Source: a virus (taxonomy: Duplodnaviria; Caudoviricetes). From it: DNA of 64,000 nt. The stretch lies in the IMG/VR virus record IMGVR_UViG_3300028048_000112, positions 1-64,000 of that record. One strand, written 5' to 3'. Each line of letters starts with the position of its first letter. The first letter of the stretch is position 1. Both the position numbers and the translations under genes were made by a program. Shown one piece after another: positions 1-11,027 of the stretch. The notes below the pieces were generated by a model. That model saw only the letters and a program-made list of their open reading frames with translations. It made no database searches and was not told the origin of the DNA.

Positions 1-3000
1 CCAGGAACTTTATAAGTTGTATCGAACCATCCTACACCATTAGCTGCATCATCTTTATAGAATCCTTTGTAATCTATATTGTTGTATCTGAACTTTGTAT
101 TATTGTAGTTTGTGTAGATTTTTGCTGACGTCGGCGTATAGAAGCCGGTCTCATACCAAGCAGTCATATAGTTACCATCGGTGACAGCACCATTAAGACG
201 AATCTTAGTATTAGTAGCATTAGTATAAATTTCATATCCATTAGGATCAAGATATCCAGTTCTAAACCATTCGATAGTATCACTCAAACTTCCTCTAGCA
301 TAAGAGTCTCCTCCAAAACGTTCGAGGTTATTATGAATGACATTAAGAGTTTTAACTCTAGGTTTATTCAAACAGTTATTATTGAACTTTGATTCAAGAT
401 CCGAAGAAATCATACCATATGCACCGTCATAAATCGGGTTAGTATAAACGTTAAAATCTTCTATATTAAAGTTTTTCAAATTCGTTTTAAGGAATCTTTC
501 AACTTTAACATCGAATTTATAAGCAAGCTCACCAGGATTGCCTGGTTTCTGTAAATAGAACGTATGATTGCCGTAAGATGTGATTTCTTTGGTGTAATAT
601 ACAACATCCTCATCAAAACCATTTTCAAGTTCTGATAGATCTACTGGAACTATTTCCGTAGTAGTTGTCGTTGTAGTTGGTCTATCGGCATTATAAATAT
701 CATAAGTTTCTTTAGTATAGTATTCATTTCCATTAGATGTGTCCCATTCGGTTAAAGATCCTGCAGGATATTCAACAATTTCTTCAATTGGGGCAAACTC
801 AGGATTTGCATTATCGCCATTCGCATTTTTATTGTAAGCATAATATACTGTGTTTGGATCAGGTTCTGTAATAACAGAAGTATCGATTTTCGTATATTTC
901 TTTTCAGTTACCGCGAAAGGTGATAAATCTGAATAAGGTACAAGTTCTATAGGTTCATAATGAATACCATCGGACGATAATCTCAGATATTTTTTACTTG
1001 ATATACTTGTCAGAACATAGTAATCAACGTCATCTATGAATTCCAATCCATCTGGACCATAATTGAACCGATTACTAACATATGTTTCGTATGCAAATCG
1101 AGGATCGTCAGGTTCAAGTTTACGAAAATACGTTTTTCCTGGTTCAGGTTTTAACGTTTGCGTTTTATCGACTAATTCGAATTCTGATATAAATTCGCGA
1201 CTACCACTACTAACGGAACCAATAGTAGTTCCAATTGATGTATAACCACTAGGTGTTTCAACAGTAATTTCTTTGAAGTACTCGTATCCAGATTGTGGAC
1301 CGTTTGCTCTATCTGTATCAGATAGAATAATCGGATCGTCACTATATTTTGGAACAAGTGTTGGATCATTGAACTGATTCAAATGTTTATTCCAGAATGT
1401 ACCATTTACAAAGTTATCACATGTAACGTAGACAACTTCCTTATCAGCATAAGGATCGGAAGTAACTTCATTTATACTTGTGATTGGAGTAAACTTATAT
1501 TTTGGATTTTCTCCTGGACCGATTTCATAATGATAGATATCGAGATCATCTCTAAGATCTACTGCAGCAAACTCTACTGGAGAGTAATTAATGCTAGAAA
1601 TAAGAGTATAATATTCGTCGACAGACTGATCAAAAGAAGTTTCAGTAGCAAATTCATAGCGCACATCTCCATCTTCCTCAATTTTATGGAAATACATCTT
1701 ACCAAGCTGCATACCCTGATTTCTTTCTGAATCACTTACGAGAACAAACACATCATTCTTAGGAACTATCTTAGCGACTAGTCTCATGTTAGCTGGTGAA
1801 GATGGATATACATAAATCTCATCGGTATGCAATCCGTTAAGATCGAACTTTTTATTGGATTTATCGACGAAATAGTATTGAGTATCTGGTTCCCAAGCAG
1901 AAATACTTCCAGCAGGGATTTTAAAATAGCCAGAATTGCCTTTTTCGTCATTATAATAATAATAAGTTGTATCTGGATCAGGTACTGTAACTACAGAAGT
2001 GTCGACTTCAGCATATCTTGACTCATCGCCATTTTCAATATAGCGTACATTAGTGTTTGGATAAGCTGTATAAGTTCTTACACAATATGTCTTTCCATAA
2101 ACTGCACCGGCAGCAACTTCTTCAGGAGAAAGTCTTTGCCAGTTTATAAAACTTTCTTTTTTAATCAATGCCAAATTGCTAGGAATATCGTCATAATTCT
2201 CAAAAGTTATTCTTTCAATTTCTCTAAAACTATATTTTGCATAATCATCATTATTCACAAAGTAATACTTTGGATTAGCATCGTATTGCTGTGATTTTGG
2301 AATATCATGCATAAACAGTTTCTGAGTTCTAGCTTTATACAAATCATAATCTGCTTTGTACTCAGAAGGAGAAAGATATTCTGAATGACTTGTTCTCTGA
2401 GAATAGAGCGTTCCACCACCATTGATAAACTGTTGAAGTTCATTTTCTGGAATAGGAACATACGTGTCAATACTCTTAAGCTGATAAACGTCGCCTGTAC
2501 CAAATTCATCGTAGTCTACGAATAGAGTTGGTGTACGTTTACGATAACTTATAATGAGTGCATCTTCTTCTGTTTTTATGAAGTATTCGCCAGTTTCAAA
2601 ATCTACAGTATAATAAATCGCTCCATAGAAATATTCTGTACCTTCAACCCAGTTATCAACATCATCTTGTGTTATCCGAATATAATTATCACCATCGCGT
2701 TTATAGAAACCTTCATTTTCAGAAGCGATTGGACTTAAATCAGGAACGGAGTCATTTCCATGTGAGCTCATTTCAATCATCATCATGGGAGATATTCTAC
2801 CACTATCATCTTTAAAATAGAAAAAATATGAATTATTAACATATGATTCTGGTATAACTTCCATGTTTTGAGTCATTTGTAACAGATCGTCAAATGTTAT
2901 TTTCTTATAAGGTTCGTAATTATACTCTTTGAAGTAATAATCTTCGCTAGGATCAGCAACTGGTAAATCAAGAACACCAGAGCCATAGAATCCGCCAGGC

Positions 3001-6000
3001 CATTGCGCATATACTTCATGAGGCAATTTAGTTCCTTCAACATCACGATTAACTTTGATATACTGCGGTTCAGATTCTCCTGCAGGAATTTTCTTATAAT
3101 AAGTCTGTCCCTGAACAGGTTCTCCTTCAACTGGAACATAATCTGTTTCGTTCTTAGTCACAAGAATTCTATAGTTATCATCGTTATTGTATATTAAAAG
3201 ATCCACTGGAGCAATTTTTTCACTCTCACCGATCCTATTGAGAATATCGACAGGAATGTAAGAACGTTTTGCAACAGCAATATTACCGCCATAAGATCTC
3301 ATAATATCATAAATTGAAGCTGTTCTCTCAGCAAAAATATGATTTTCTTCAACAAGAGTTCTTGTGTAGTAAGTAGTATCTGGATCCCAAACGGTGAGTA
3401 CATCGCTACCACCTGTACCAACATAATGATAGTCATCACCATATCCAACACCTTGAGAATTATCATTGTGACTATAATATTCAACACCTGATTCTGGAGT
3501 TGGAGTTTGTGTCTTATCGACTTCAGTATATTCGTACTTATCGAAGTACATGATAGCATCGCCACCAGTAGCGCTATCGGAATTTTCTGCACCTCCAGCA
3601 CCATAACCATATTTTACCCAATAGGTATCTTTGGTATTTACTTCGTCGATAATATCTTCAGGATTCTTTCCGTACATCTCACGAATTTCAGGAATACGTC
3701 TTGCATTGAGTGCAAGAAGATGTTCTGATTCGTCAGTAGGATCAAATTCCGTAATCGTAGGAGTTTTTGATACCCTAGTATAATATGTCTTATCTGGATC
3801 GAATGATTCCGGAGTTCCAACATCGATATAACGATCATGATTCTCCTGAACGACTACTCTTGTGTAGTATTCCTCACCAGATTTCCATTCTTTGTAAGTT
3901 TCACCAGTCTTTGTGAAATATTCAACATTGATGTTGAAATAACGTACTGTACCAGGAATCATCAGATAATATTCGTAGTTTTCGAAGAATACAGTTTCTC
4001 CTTCTCTACCAATATCAAAGTCCGCTGGTGTACACTGGGTGTAAACATCATCTCCAGTTTTCTTATAATAAGTAGTATTTTCGTCATATGGATTTTCAAC
4101 CTGATCAACAAGTTCGTATCTTGTACCTTCAAGAATTAAAGAACTTTCGTCCATTGGTACATATTCGCCACCTTCGGTCTTGTTAAAATACTCAACACCT
4201 TCTTCAGGAGAAGGAACTTCTTCAACGTTTACTTTAGAATATACATCTTTTGTGACATAATCGTCATCAGTACATTTTACGTAACCGTCGTTAGTAAGTT
4301 TGTAATAATCCATATTTGGAACAGGAGCTGTAACATCGATGCTGGAAACAAGTTCATACTTGTCCGTAACTTCAATATCCTGTGTATAATATGTCGTTCC
4401 ACTTACAGGACCTGCTTCAAGCTGTTCCTGAGTAAGAGGAGTATAAATATAATCGTTAAGACTTGGATACTCTGTGATTGTACCACCAGTAAGTTCAAGA
4501 ACATATTTCTTTACAAGTTCAACTATGCTTGTATGAACAAAGTACTGATTATCATCACGAATATTCGGATCGATAAGTGCCATATAACCCACATTAACTA
4601 CAGAATCGTTATCTGTAATAGCTTCAATTTTTTCAGAAGCATCCGGGTCAATAAACATTGCATAATTGTATCCAGCAAGACCAACGTCAATGTCTGAAGG
4701 AACATAAGTCTTAAGACCCTTATAGTTTGCAAGGTTTATATGAATATTCAAATTGTCTGGATTAAAAGGCGTAGTTTCATCGATTCCGAAAAAGATTGTG
4801 TCATTATTCGTAATATGAACATTGTCAAATTCCTGAGTACCATCGTTCTGATATCCTTTGAATGCTCCAAAACTATTACTATCAATAAACAACATGTTTT
4901 CGACAGCAATTATTTCTTTAGCATCCTTAGAACCAACAATATTGACAATATTCCAATTTTCGTCTAGTTTATAGACGTAATCATTATTACAAAGGACGTA
5001 ATAGTATCCATTCGTATATGTAATACCAACAACTTCATTAGTATTATCAATCGGGATGAAGAAAATTTCGTTATTTGCTATAGTTACATAGCAGTTAATT
5101 CTTGTTGCATCAATTGTAGCGTCATCATTCTTAAGATGATTTAGTGTCTTAAGATAATAAATACGTTTATGAGCAAGTCTGTTGTTAATATTAACATCTT
5201 CATTCCATTTGATTTGAGAAACTGTATCTGAATGGAGGTCATATACATAATTCTGACCTAAGAGAGTTGAAAGATAAATTTTATTGTCTCTCATTACAGC
5301 TGAAGTTATTTGATAGTCTTTAAGCGTTTCAACAAGCTTAATGTTTGTAAAATCGAAAGTTGTTGTTTCTGTCATGTATGTATTTTGAGTTACACACATT
5401 TTATGACCATAACGGAACACGAAGTATCTATTTCTTGCTGGATCTGGAATTACCGTAAATTCGTTTTGGAAGAAACGTTTATCCATGTAATCTATAGAAA
5501 GCTCTTCGTTTGTAAGTTCAGCTACTGCTGTACTATCATTGATAGTGTAATATTCTTCGTTATTTGGGAATACGTTTTTGATTGTGTTAAATGTGGAACT
5601 ATACATAATTCCTACAGAATCCTTATAAAGAATTCTTCCATTTTCAACACTTGTGTTAAATGCTCTAGAAATTGCACCAAACATACCGTTGTTCAATTTG
5701 AACATTGTTGACCATTCACCATTTACAATACCTGATACTACGATATTCATAGTTTCCATGTTAAGAACATGGATACCTTTATCTGTAGAAAGGAATACTG
5801 TATTTGGAGTATTGGCAATAATATCATAACACTTACCAAACGCACCGTTATTATTTATCTTACGAATAACATCTCCACTTCTACTAATAGAAGTATCGAT
5901 ATAATAAACACCATCTGAAGTTCCGAATATGATATACTTATCGATTCCATATATTCTAAAGATTCTAAATGCTGAATCAGAAGATTCTTTTAATGGAATA

Positions 6001-7559
6001 GCATCCTGATAAAGGCTGTTATTGCTAGCCATTTCAAAACGTTCATCATTAGTAATTTTCATAGTCACGTCCGATGAAAGAACTGATTTATCAATTCCAA
6101 ATACGTTAGGAATGACCTTTTCTTTCATTTCGAGGTTATCGACAGCGAACATGACTTCATTCTTACAGATGATAGAAGGATTGTTGAGATAAGTATCGTT
6201 GTACATATCGAGGGCCAACTGACCTTCGAAATATTTAGGATCTTCTGAAAGGTTTGTATTAAAGATTGGTTCAACATCAGTAAATGATTTACCGAGTATA
6301 ATCTTCATATCGTTTGCATAAAATGGATTCACATAATCACCATTGGTATTTCCAAACAATACGTTATGATTTGAATCCAATGCATATTGACTAAATAAAC
6401 CATTTGTTACAAAAATCCTAGAACCAACAGAAGTTTTGTTGAGATCAACTTTATTAGAAACTACACGTGTACTAATAGGATTCATTAGATTTGGCGTTAT
6501 TGTCTTAGGAAATTTCTTAGCAACAACATCAGCCAAAGAATCACCAGAACGCATAGCAAATGCAATGTCTTTATTGTCATGATACATAAGACCATGTGAC
6601 ATATCGATTGTATTTTTCTCCTGTGTAGCCTGTGAATTAACTCCTGTTGCAGAAGATGAACCATCATTCTTAGAATAAATCATATAAGATTCTCTACCAG
6701 ACTGATGATTAGCAGGAATGTTGGTCTTTACTTTGATATAAACATTTCCGTTCTTAACAACATCGTTTCCAACAAGAGCTTTAACAGTCATTTCGAAATC
6801 GAATTTGTTAAGATCATAATTCTTAGCTATTCTCATATTCTCTGAGTTAATATCAAGCATGATGGAGTCACCACCAGTCTGATATTTCACATAGAGATTA
6901 TATCCAAGAGAACCATTTTCTCCAAGAACAAGCCAAGTAATTCCTCTTGGTGTATAAATGAAAAATTCGAGAATAAGATTACTGTGGATAATATCTTCTC
7001 CAACATAACCATCAGCAGCATTGACCTTTACGATCTCCAACTGTTTGTTAACCACATCAATAAAGGATTTATCAGTAAATTTACCACCAAACCAACGAAT
7101 TCCTAAAGAAGTTGGTGTGATATTAATTGATCTATCCCATTCTTCTACAACCTGTGTATCATCACCAGAAGAATTAGAAATAATGTTATCTTCTGTAGCA
7201 TTGTGGTTAAAAAGATTAGCTTCATATGGTTCTACGAATGCTGTAATTACATTCTGGAAATTTTCTATAGAAGAGTTCATTCTTTCCAAAATATGAGAGT
7301 CAATATCATATTTGAAAGAATCGAGTATTTTCTTAAAACGGACTGTTTTTTCATACATCTGCATAAGACCACTCTTCATTGTTTCACGGTTTTCTGTAAC
7401 AACGTCAAACATTGATTCGAGAGTCTTGGTCAGATTATTATAATAGTCCACTAATTCGTTCAGTGTCGTCAATACATTATTTCTTGACGCAAGCTTTTGT
7501 GTCGGAGCCCTATAAAAGGGACCTTTGAGTTTATCATTAATGACCATAATTTTCTCCAT
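1..7559 (-). CDS. Giant virion protein, tail fibre/receptor-binding-like (>2519 aa, 3' end beyond the window)
   Basis: Read by eye as one stop-free minus-strand frame from ATG 7559 (MEKIMVINDKLKGPFYRAPTQK...) to the edge. It is absent from the ORF track because no stop falls in the window; the short + ORFs here are its antisense shadows. It has propeller-like blades (IIFGTSDGVYYID, VFLSTDKGIHVLN) and many YxxVD..P..(G/D)xxYYxK modules. A late-type motif lies at 7586-7600. Confidence 0.8.
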   Translation of the reverse strand, partial: MEKIMVINDKLKGPFYRAPTQKLASRNNVLTTLNELVDYYNNLTKTLESMFDVVTENRETMKSGLMQMYEKTVRFKKILDSFKYDIDSHILERMNSSIENFQNVITAFVEPYEANLFNHNATEDNIISNSSGDDTQVVEEWDRSINITPTSLGIRWFGGKFTDKSFIDVVNKQLEIVKVNAADGYVGEDIIHSNLILEFFIYTPRGITWLVLGENGSLGYNLYVKYQTGGDSIMLDINSENMRIAKNYDLNKFDFEMTVKALVGNDVVKNGNVYIKVKTNIPANHQSGRESYMIYSKNDGSSSATGVNSQATQEKNTIDMSHGLMYHDNKDIAFAMRSGDSLADVVAKKFPKTITPNLMNPISTRVVSNKVDLNKTSVGSRIFVTNGLFSQYALDSNHNVLFGNTNGDYVNPFYANDMKIILGKSFTDVEPIFNTNLSEDPKYFEGQLALDMYNDTYLNNPSIICKNEVMFAVDNLEMKEKVIPNVFGIDKSVLSSDVTMKITNDERFEMASNNSLYQDAIPLKESSDSAFRIFRIYGIDKYIIFGTSDGVYYIDTSISRSGDVIRKINNNGAFGKCYDIIANTPNTVFLSTDKGIHVLNMETMNIVVSGIVNGEWSTMFKLNNGMFGAISRAFNTSVENGRILYKDSVGIMYSSTFNTIKNVFPNNEEYYTINDSTAVAELTNEELSIDYMDKRFFQNEFTVIPDPARNRYFVFRYGHKMCVTQNTYMTETTTFDFTNIKLVETLKDYQITSAVMRDNKIYLSTLLGQNYVYDLHSDTVSQIKWNEDVNINNRLAHKRIYYLKTLNHLKNDDATIDATRINCYVTIANNEIFFIPIDNTNEVVGITYTNGYYYVLCNNDYVYKLDENWNIVNIVGSKDAKEIIAVENMLFIDSNSFGAFKGYQNDGTQEFDNVHITNNDTIFFGIDETTPFNPDNLNIHINLANYKGLKTYVPSDIDVGLAGYNYAMFIDPDASEKIEAITDNDSVVNVGYMALIDPNIRDDNQYFVHTSIVELVKKYVLELTGGTITEYPSLNDYIYTPLTQEQLEAGPVSGTTYYTQDIEVTDKYELVSSIDVTAPVPNMDYYKLTNDGYVKCTDDDYVTKDVYSKVNVEEVPSPEEGVEYFNKTEGGEYVPMDESSLILEGTRYELVDQVENPYDENTTYYKKTGDDVYTQCTPADFDIGREGETVFFENYEYYLMIPGTVRYFNINVEYFTKTGETYKEWKSGEEYYTRVVVQENHDRYIDVGTPESFDPDKTYYTRVSKTPTITEFDPTDESEHLLALNARRIPEIREMYGKNPEDIIDEVNTKDTYWVKYGYGAGGAENSDSATGGDAIMYFDKYEYTEVDKTQTPTPESGVEYYSHNDNSQGVGYGDDYHYVGTGGSDVLTVWDPDTTYYTRTLVEENHIFAERTASIYDIMRSYGGNIAVAKRSYIPVDILNRIGESEKIAPVDLLIYNNDDNYRILVTKNETDYVPVEGEPVQGQTYYKKIPAGESEPQYIKVNRDVEGTKLPHEVYAQWPGGFYGSGVLDLPVADPSEDYYFKEYNYEPYKKITFDDLLQMTQNMEVIPESYVNNSYFFYFKDDSGRISPMMMIEMSSHGNDSVPDLSPIASENEGFYKRDGDNYIRITQDDVDNWVEGTEYFYGAIYYTVDFETGEYFIKTEEDALIISYRKRTPTLFVDYDEFGTGDVYQLKSIDTYVPIPENELQQFINGGGTLYSQRTSHSEYLSPSEYKADYDLYKARTQKLFMHDIPKSQQYDANPKYYFVNNDDYAKYSFREIERITFENYDDIPSNLALIKKESFINWQRLSPEEVAAGAVYGKTYCVRTYTAYPNTNVRYIENGDESRYAEVDTSVVTVPDPDTTYYYYNDEKGNSGYFKIPAGSISAWEPDTQYYFVDKSNKKFDLNGLHTDEIYVYPSSPANMRLVAKIVPKNDVFVLVSDSERNQGMQLGKMYFHKIEEDGDVRYEFATETSFDQSVDEYYTLISSINYSPVEFAAVDLRDDLDIYHYEIGPGENPKYKFTPITSINEVTSDPYADKEVVYVTCDNFVNGTFWNKHLNQFNDPTLVPKYSDDPIILSDTDRANGPQSGYEYFKEITVETPSGYTSIGTTIGSVSSGSREFISEFELVDKTQTLKPEPGKTYFRKLEPDDPRFAYETYVSNRFNYGPDGLEFIDDVDYYVLTSISSKKYLRLSSDGIHYEPIELVPYSDLSPFAVTEKKYTKIDTSVITEPDPNTVYYAYNKNANGDNANPEFAPIEEIVEYPAGSLTEWDTSNGNEYYTKETYDIYNADRPTTTTTTTEIVPVDLSELENGFDEDVVYYTKEITSYGNHTFYLQKPGNPGELAYKFDVKVERFLKTNLKNFNIEDFNVYTNPIYDGAYGMISSDLESKFNNNCLNKPRVKTLNVIHNNLERFGGDSYARGSLSDTIEWFRTGYLDPNGYEIYTNATNTKIRLNGAVTDGNYMTAWYETGFYTPTSAKIYTNYNNTKFRYNNIDYKGFYKDDAANGVGWFDTTYKVP

Positions 7560-7626
7560 TTTAATAGCTATTAGTGATTAGAAAACTATATAGAATTGTC
7601 AAGATTATACCTATAAACAAAATATA

Positions 7627-7652
7627 AAAGAGAGGTATAAAACCTCTCTTTT
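7627..7652. terminator. Intrinsic terminator (A/T-flanked hairpin)
   Basis: AAAAGAGAGG-TATAAAA-CCTCTCTTTT inverted repeat. Confidence 0.75.
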
Positions 7653-7672
7653 ATATAATAAAACGATTACCA

Positions 7673-9481
7673 CTAGCCAAGTGTGTAATAGTTTACGCCT
7701 TCTTTCCAAGATCTTGAATCTTCGTCACCGAGGATAAAATCTTCGTTTGTACACAAGACGTATTCGCTACCTACTTTCTTGTAATAATTAGTGCCTTCAA
7801 CAGGTGTAACGACAGTATTTGTATCTACAAGAACGTAAGGATCTAACTGTGGAGTAGGATCTTCATCCTGTGGAGGATTAACAACTGGCGGTGTAGGTGT
7901 ATCCTCAGAATCAGTTTCTGGGTAAACAACAGCTCTTTCACAACCAATTACAAGACCATTGTCTGAAATCATTTCGAGTTTGATCTTACCAAATTTTGAA
8001 ACATCGGTTCTTTCGACAACTTCAACAAGTTTATCCATAACCTTAGGAACTTTTGCTGAACGTACACGAATAACCTCTATTGCAAAGTCACGGAGTGCTT
8101 CAAACTCTGAAAGTTTAGGTCCAATATCCTTTCCGTTTTCTGAAGGCTCATCGAGTTCTGTATCGTAAATAGCAGTCCATTTCTTGATAAATTTGATAAG
8201 TTTATCAAGCTGGACAGAAAGACGAGTATAAAGACCTGCTGTTGCGAAATCGATACCAGCTTCACGATACATTGTGTCTGTGTAAGTTGCTCTTTCGAGA
8301 ATAAACACTTCCAATGCTGTAGAAAGTTTATTTCCGATAGTTCTTTCATTGAATGTAACGTGATTTCCACTTCTCTGAATAAGATTTACGAGAGGTGATG
8401 AATCTCCAATAGATTTAATAGCAGCATCAACTTCGCTGGTCTTTCCTTCGAATTTGATAACACTGTCATCTGCAACAATGATCTTAACTGGAAGACTTCC
8501 AATTACATAATCATCGTCATTGACAGTATTTGCACAACGTGAAGCGAGTTTTTTCAACTCTACATTACGTGTTTTACCATAGAAAAGCGTAATTTGTGTC
8601 TTTCCTTCATCATCATCTGTTACAATGACGTATTCTGGAAATTTCTTAATAAACAAATTGATCGCTTTGTTAAGTTCTTCTACCTGAGCTGTATATTCTG
8701 GTGAAGATGTCTTTACATTCATATATTTCTCCTTATGAATTAGAGAGTTACTACCATTCGTAGTTATATTATTTTGTTTGCCACTAATGGTATCCGGGTC
8801 GATAACAAAATCATTTACTATGTTTTCATATGGTTCGTCATTAAGCCGTTTTATAGTTCTATCGAGAGTAACTGAAAGATCAGCCATTTTTTCAACAAAA
8901 CTGTATGCATAAGTTTTAAACTTAGTAGCATCGGATACAAATTGTGTCTGAAGACGATTTCTAGCTTCAGGTGTATCCTGAATAAGTTGAGCATTTACAC
9001 ATCCGTCAATAAAACGTTGACCATACTCTTCTGACTGAAGATTAGTTTTGAGTGTTTCTGCAATCGTTTTAATTTTTAAATAATTCGTTTTCAATGCATC
9101 TCTGAAAGAAGTACATTGATCAAGTGCTGTCGCATATGTCTCAATTAAACTTGGATCTATAGGGGCGTCACTTTCTTTAAGCTCAATTATCTCGTCAACA
9201 CTATCTTGTATATTAGAAGATTCTTCTGACATATACTGATCTGCCAATTCGAAAGTTCTAAGATATACAATATAAGTTTCTAGAAAGCCTACAGCATTAA
9301 ATTCGTCGCTAATAAGATAGTTGTTTAATTGTGTTAAACCTTCGTTAGAGTTAGAAATATTTCTTTGACCAGCTTCTCCATTGAATGAATCAGTTATATC
9401 CTCATTTGGCGGATAAACCAATGGTGATGATCCATCTAATGCGAGAAAATTAATAAACGAGTAATCATTTTGTATAGACAT
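7673..9481 (-). CDS. Probable virion structural protein (helical body, Pro-rich linker, C-terminal YY module)
   Basis: 602-aa ORF with an AGGAGG SD and a late motif at 9515-9530. The C-terminus YVLVDTNTVVTPVEGTNYYKK...WKEGVNYY matches the modules of the giant gene. Confidence 0.6.
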   Translation of the reverse strand: MSIQNDYSFINFLALDGSSPLVYPPNEDITDSFNGEAGQRNISNSNEGLTQLNNYLISDEFNAVGFLETYIVYLRTFELADQYMSEESSNIQDSVDEIIELKESDAPIDPSLIETYATALDQCTSFRDALKTNYLKIKTIAETLKTNLQSEEYGQRFIDGCVNAQLIQDTPEARNRLQTQFVSDATKFKTYAYSFVEKMADLSVTLDRTIKRLNDEPYENIVNDFVIDPDTISGKQNNITTNGSNSLIHKEKYMNVKTSSPEYTAQVEELNKAINLFIKKFPEYVIVTDDDEGKTQITLFYGKTRNVELKKLASRCANTVNDDDYVIGSLPVKIIVADDSVIKFEGKTSEVDAAIKSIGDSSPLVNLIQRSGNHVTFNERTIGNKLSTALEVFILERATYTDTMYREAGIDFATAGLYTRLSVQLDKLIKFIKKWTAIYDTELDEPSENGKDIGPKLSEFEALRDFAIEVIRVRSAKVPKVMDKLVEVVERTDVSKFGKIKLEMISDNGLVIGCERAVVYPETDSEDTPTPPVVNPPQDEDPTPQLDPYVLVDTNTVVTPVEGTNYYKKVGSEYVLCTNEDFILGDEDSRSWKEGVNYYTLG

Positions 9482-9570
9482 AATGGATAAGTTACCTCCT
9501 TAAAAGGTTAAAAAATATATTAAAATGTCGTCAGAAAACATTCTAATATACTAGACGTGGAGATACTTTT

Positions 9571-11022
9571 ATGCCTATCAAATACAATGAAAGTGGTGCA
9601 GATTTAGTTAATGCTACTCCTCTTCTTGATAGAATTGTAGACGATAATACGTCTTCTAACGAAGACATGATGTCTGAAATTGTTGCTCAAAAGATGAAAA
9701 TGAAGGCAACTTCCATGATGAATATGGTAGGAGTATTGACTCCAGTAACATATTATCAGGCGGTTCCAGATGCCTCTAATAACTACAATACTGACGCATC
9801 GGCTCCTTCAGATATAGCATATGATACAAAAAAATTCATAGAAATTAAGAATTTCAAGCTAAAACTTTCAGGAGCAACAACTTTAAGTCAAGTTGGTGAA
9901 GAAGCTGAACAATCTTGGGAATCACAAGGTACAGCACTTATTCTTCCAAGAACTATTCAACCCAATATGGGTGATTTGTTCATGATGCAATATTATGGTA
10001 GAAATGTTTGTTATCAAGTAACTTCAGTAAATCTATCTTCTTATGAAATGGATTCTGGTTACGAATGTGAATATTCTATCTATAAAAAAGATTATACTGT
10101 TCCTAAAGATCAGATACTGTCAACTAAAATATATCGTCATGAACTAATCGGTACTTCATATAGACCTATTCTTGATGATGAGGAATACGAATTACTTAAG
10201 AAATTCCGTAAACTATATGATCATATTGGAGCTATTTTTAACTCATTATTTTATGATAAAACGTATGATTCATATATTTTAAGAAATTATGACATCGATC
10301 GCGATTTAAAACCTTCCAAGAACAATACTAATATAAATAATCTGGGTAAACATGGTGGTACTTATCGATCTACTGTTCAAATGGATTATAGGAATCATGC
10401 TGTTAGACCCAATGGTGTAGGTTTTGAGAATGCGGCATATGACAATAATCTTAACAAATTTATTAGTCAGAATCGCATTTTTAGATATTATGACGGACTA
10501 TTGTTATCTGTAGAGCCTAAGTTAGGACTTGATAGAGTATCGTATAGAAGATCAGTGTTTGGTTGTTTGGAGACCCAGAGTATTGCTAATTACAAGAATA
10601 CCTACGTTTCACCAGCCAGAATTGAAATTCTTTCGCAAAATATTGATTCCTATTTGGTTGGCAAAATGAATATTATTCATGATGATCATCCTGATCCTTG
10701 TAATAAGGAAAAGGTTGAGCTTATGCCAGAATCCTTAATAATCCAATTACAGAACGGAAACGCACAAGATATGAATACCAAATGTACTGGAATGGTGTAC
10801 GTATCTTTGGATGCTCTCATAATTGAGACGATTGTTAGGTATGTCTATAAAAAGACTGATGACTTTATCGATCGTTTCTTGTATCTCTATGATAACATGG
10901 ATAATTTATATGAACATGACATCTCTTATGCAAATATTTATTATCTTTTCCCTATGTTAGGATTCATTTTGGAACGAACGCTCGAAGAGATGTATAATAA
11001 TAATATACGTCTTGACAAATAA
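9571..11022 (+). CDS. Conserved jumbo-phage virion protein, possible neck/head-closure (T4 gp14-like)
   Basis: 483 aa. QPNMGDLFMMQY...YQVTSVN resembles the P.xGDL...F.I..V segment of neck proteins. Late motif at 9537-9550. Confidence 0.45.
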   Translation: MPIKYNESGADLVNATPLLDRIVDDNTSSNEDMMSEIVAQKMKMKATSMMNMVGVLTPVTYYQAVPDASNNYNTDASAPSDIAYDTKKFIEIKNFKLKLSGATTLSQVGEEAEQSWESQGTALILPRTIQPNMGDLFMMQYYGRNVCYQVTSVNLSSYEMDSGYECEYSIYKKDYTVPKDQILSTKIYRHELIGTSYRPILDDEEYELLKKFRKLYDHIGAIFNSLFYDKTYDSYILRNYDIDRDLKPSKNNTNINNLGKHGGTYRSTVQMDYRNHAVRPNGVGFENAAYDNNLNKFISQNRIFRYYDGLLLSVEPKLGLDRVSYRRSVFGCLETQSIANYKNTYVSPARIEILSQNIDSYLVGKMNIIHDDHPDPCNKEKVELMPESLIIQLQNGNAQDMNTKCTGMVYVSLDALIIETIVRYVYKKTDDFIDRFLYLYDNMDNLYEHDISYANIYYLFPMLGFILERTLEEMYNNNIRLDK

Positions 11023-11027
11023 AACAA

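Noticed and set aside
1-7559. Apparent ORF desert suggesting stop-codon reassignment
   Set aside because: A single minus-strand frame is open under the standard code and only lacks a stop inside the window. Other genes end normally at TAA, TAG and TGA.
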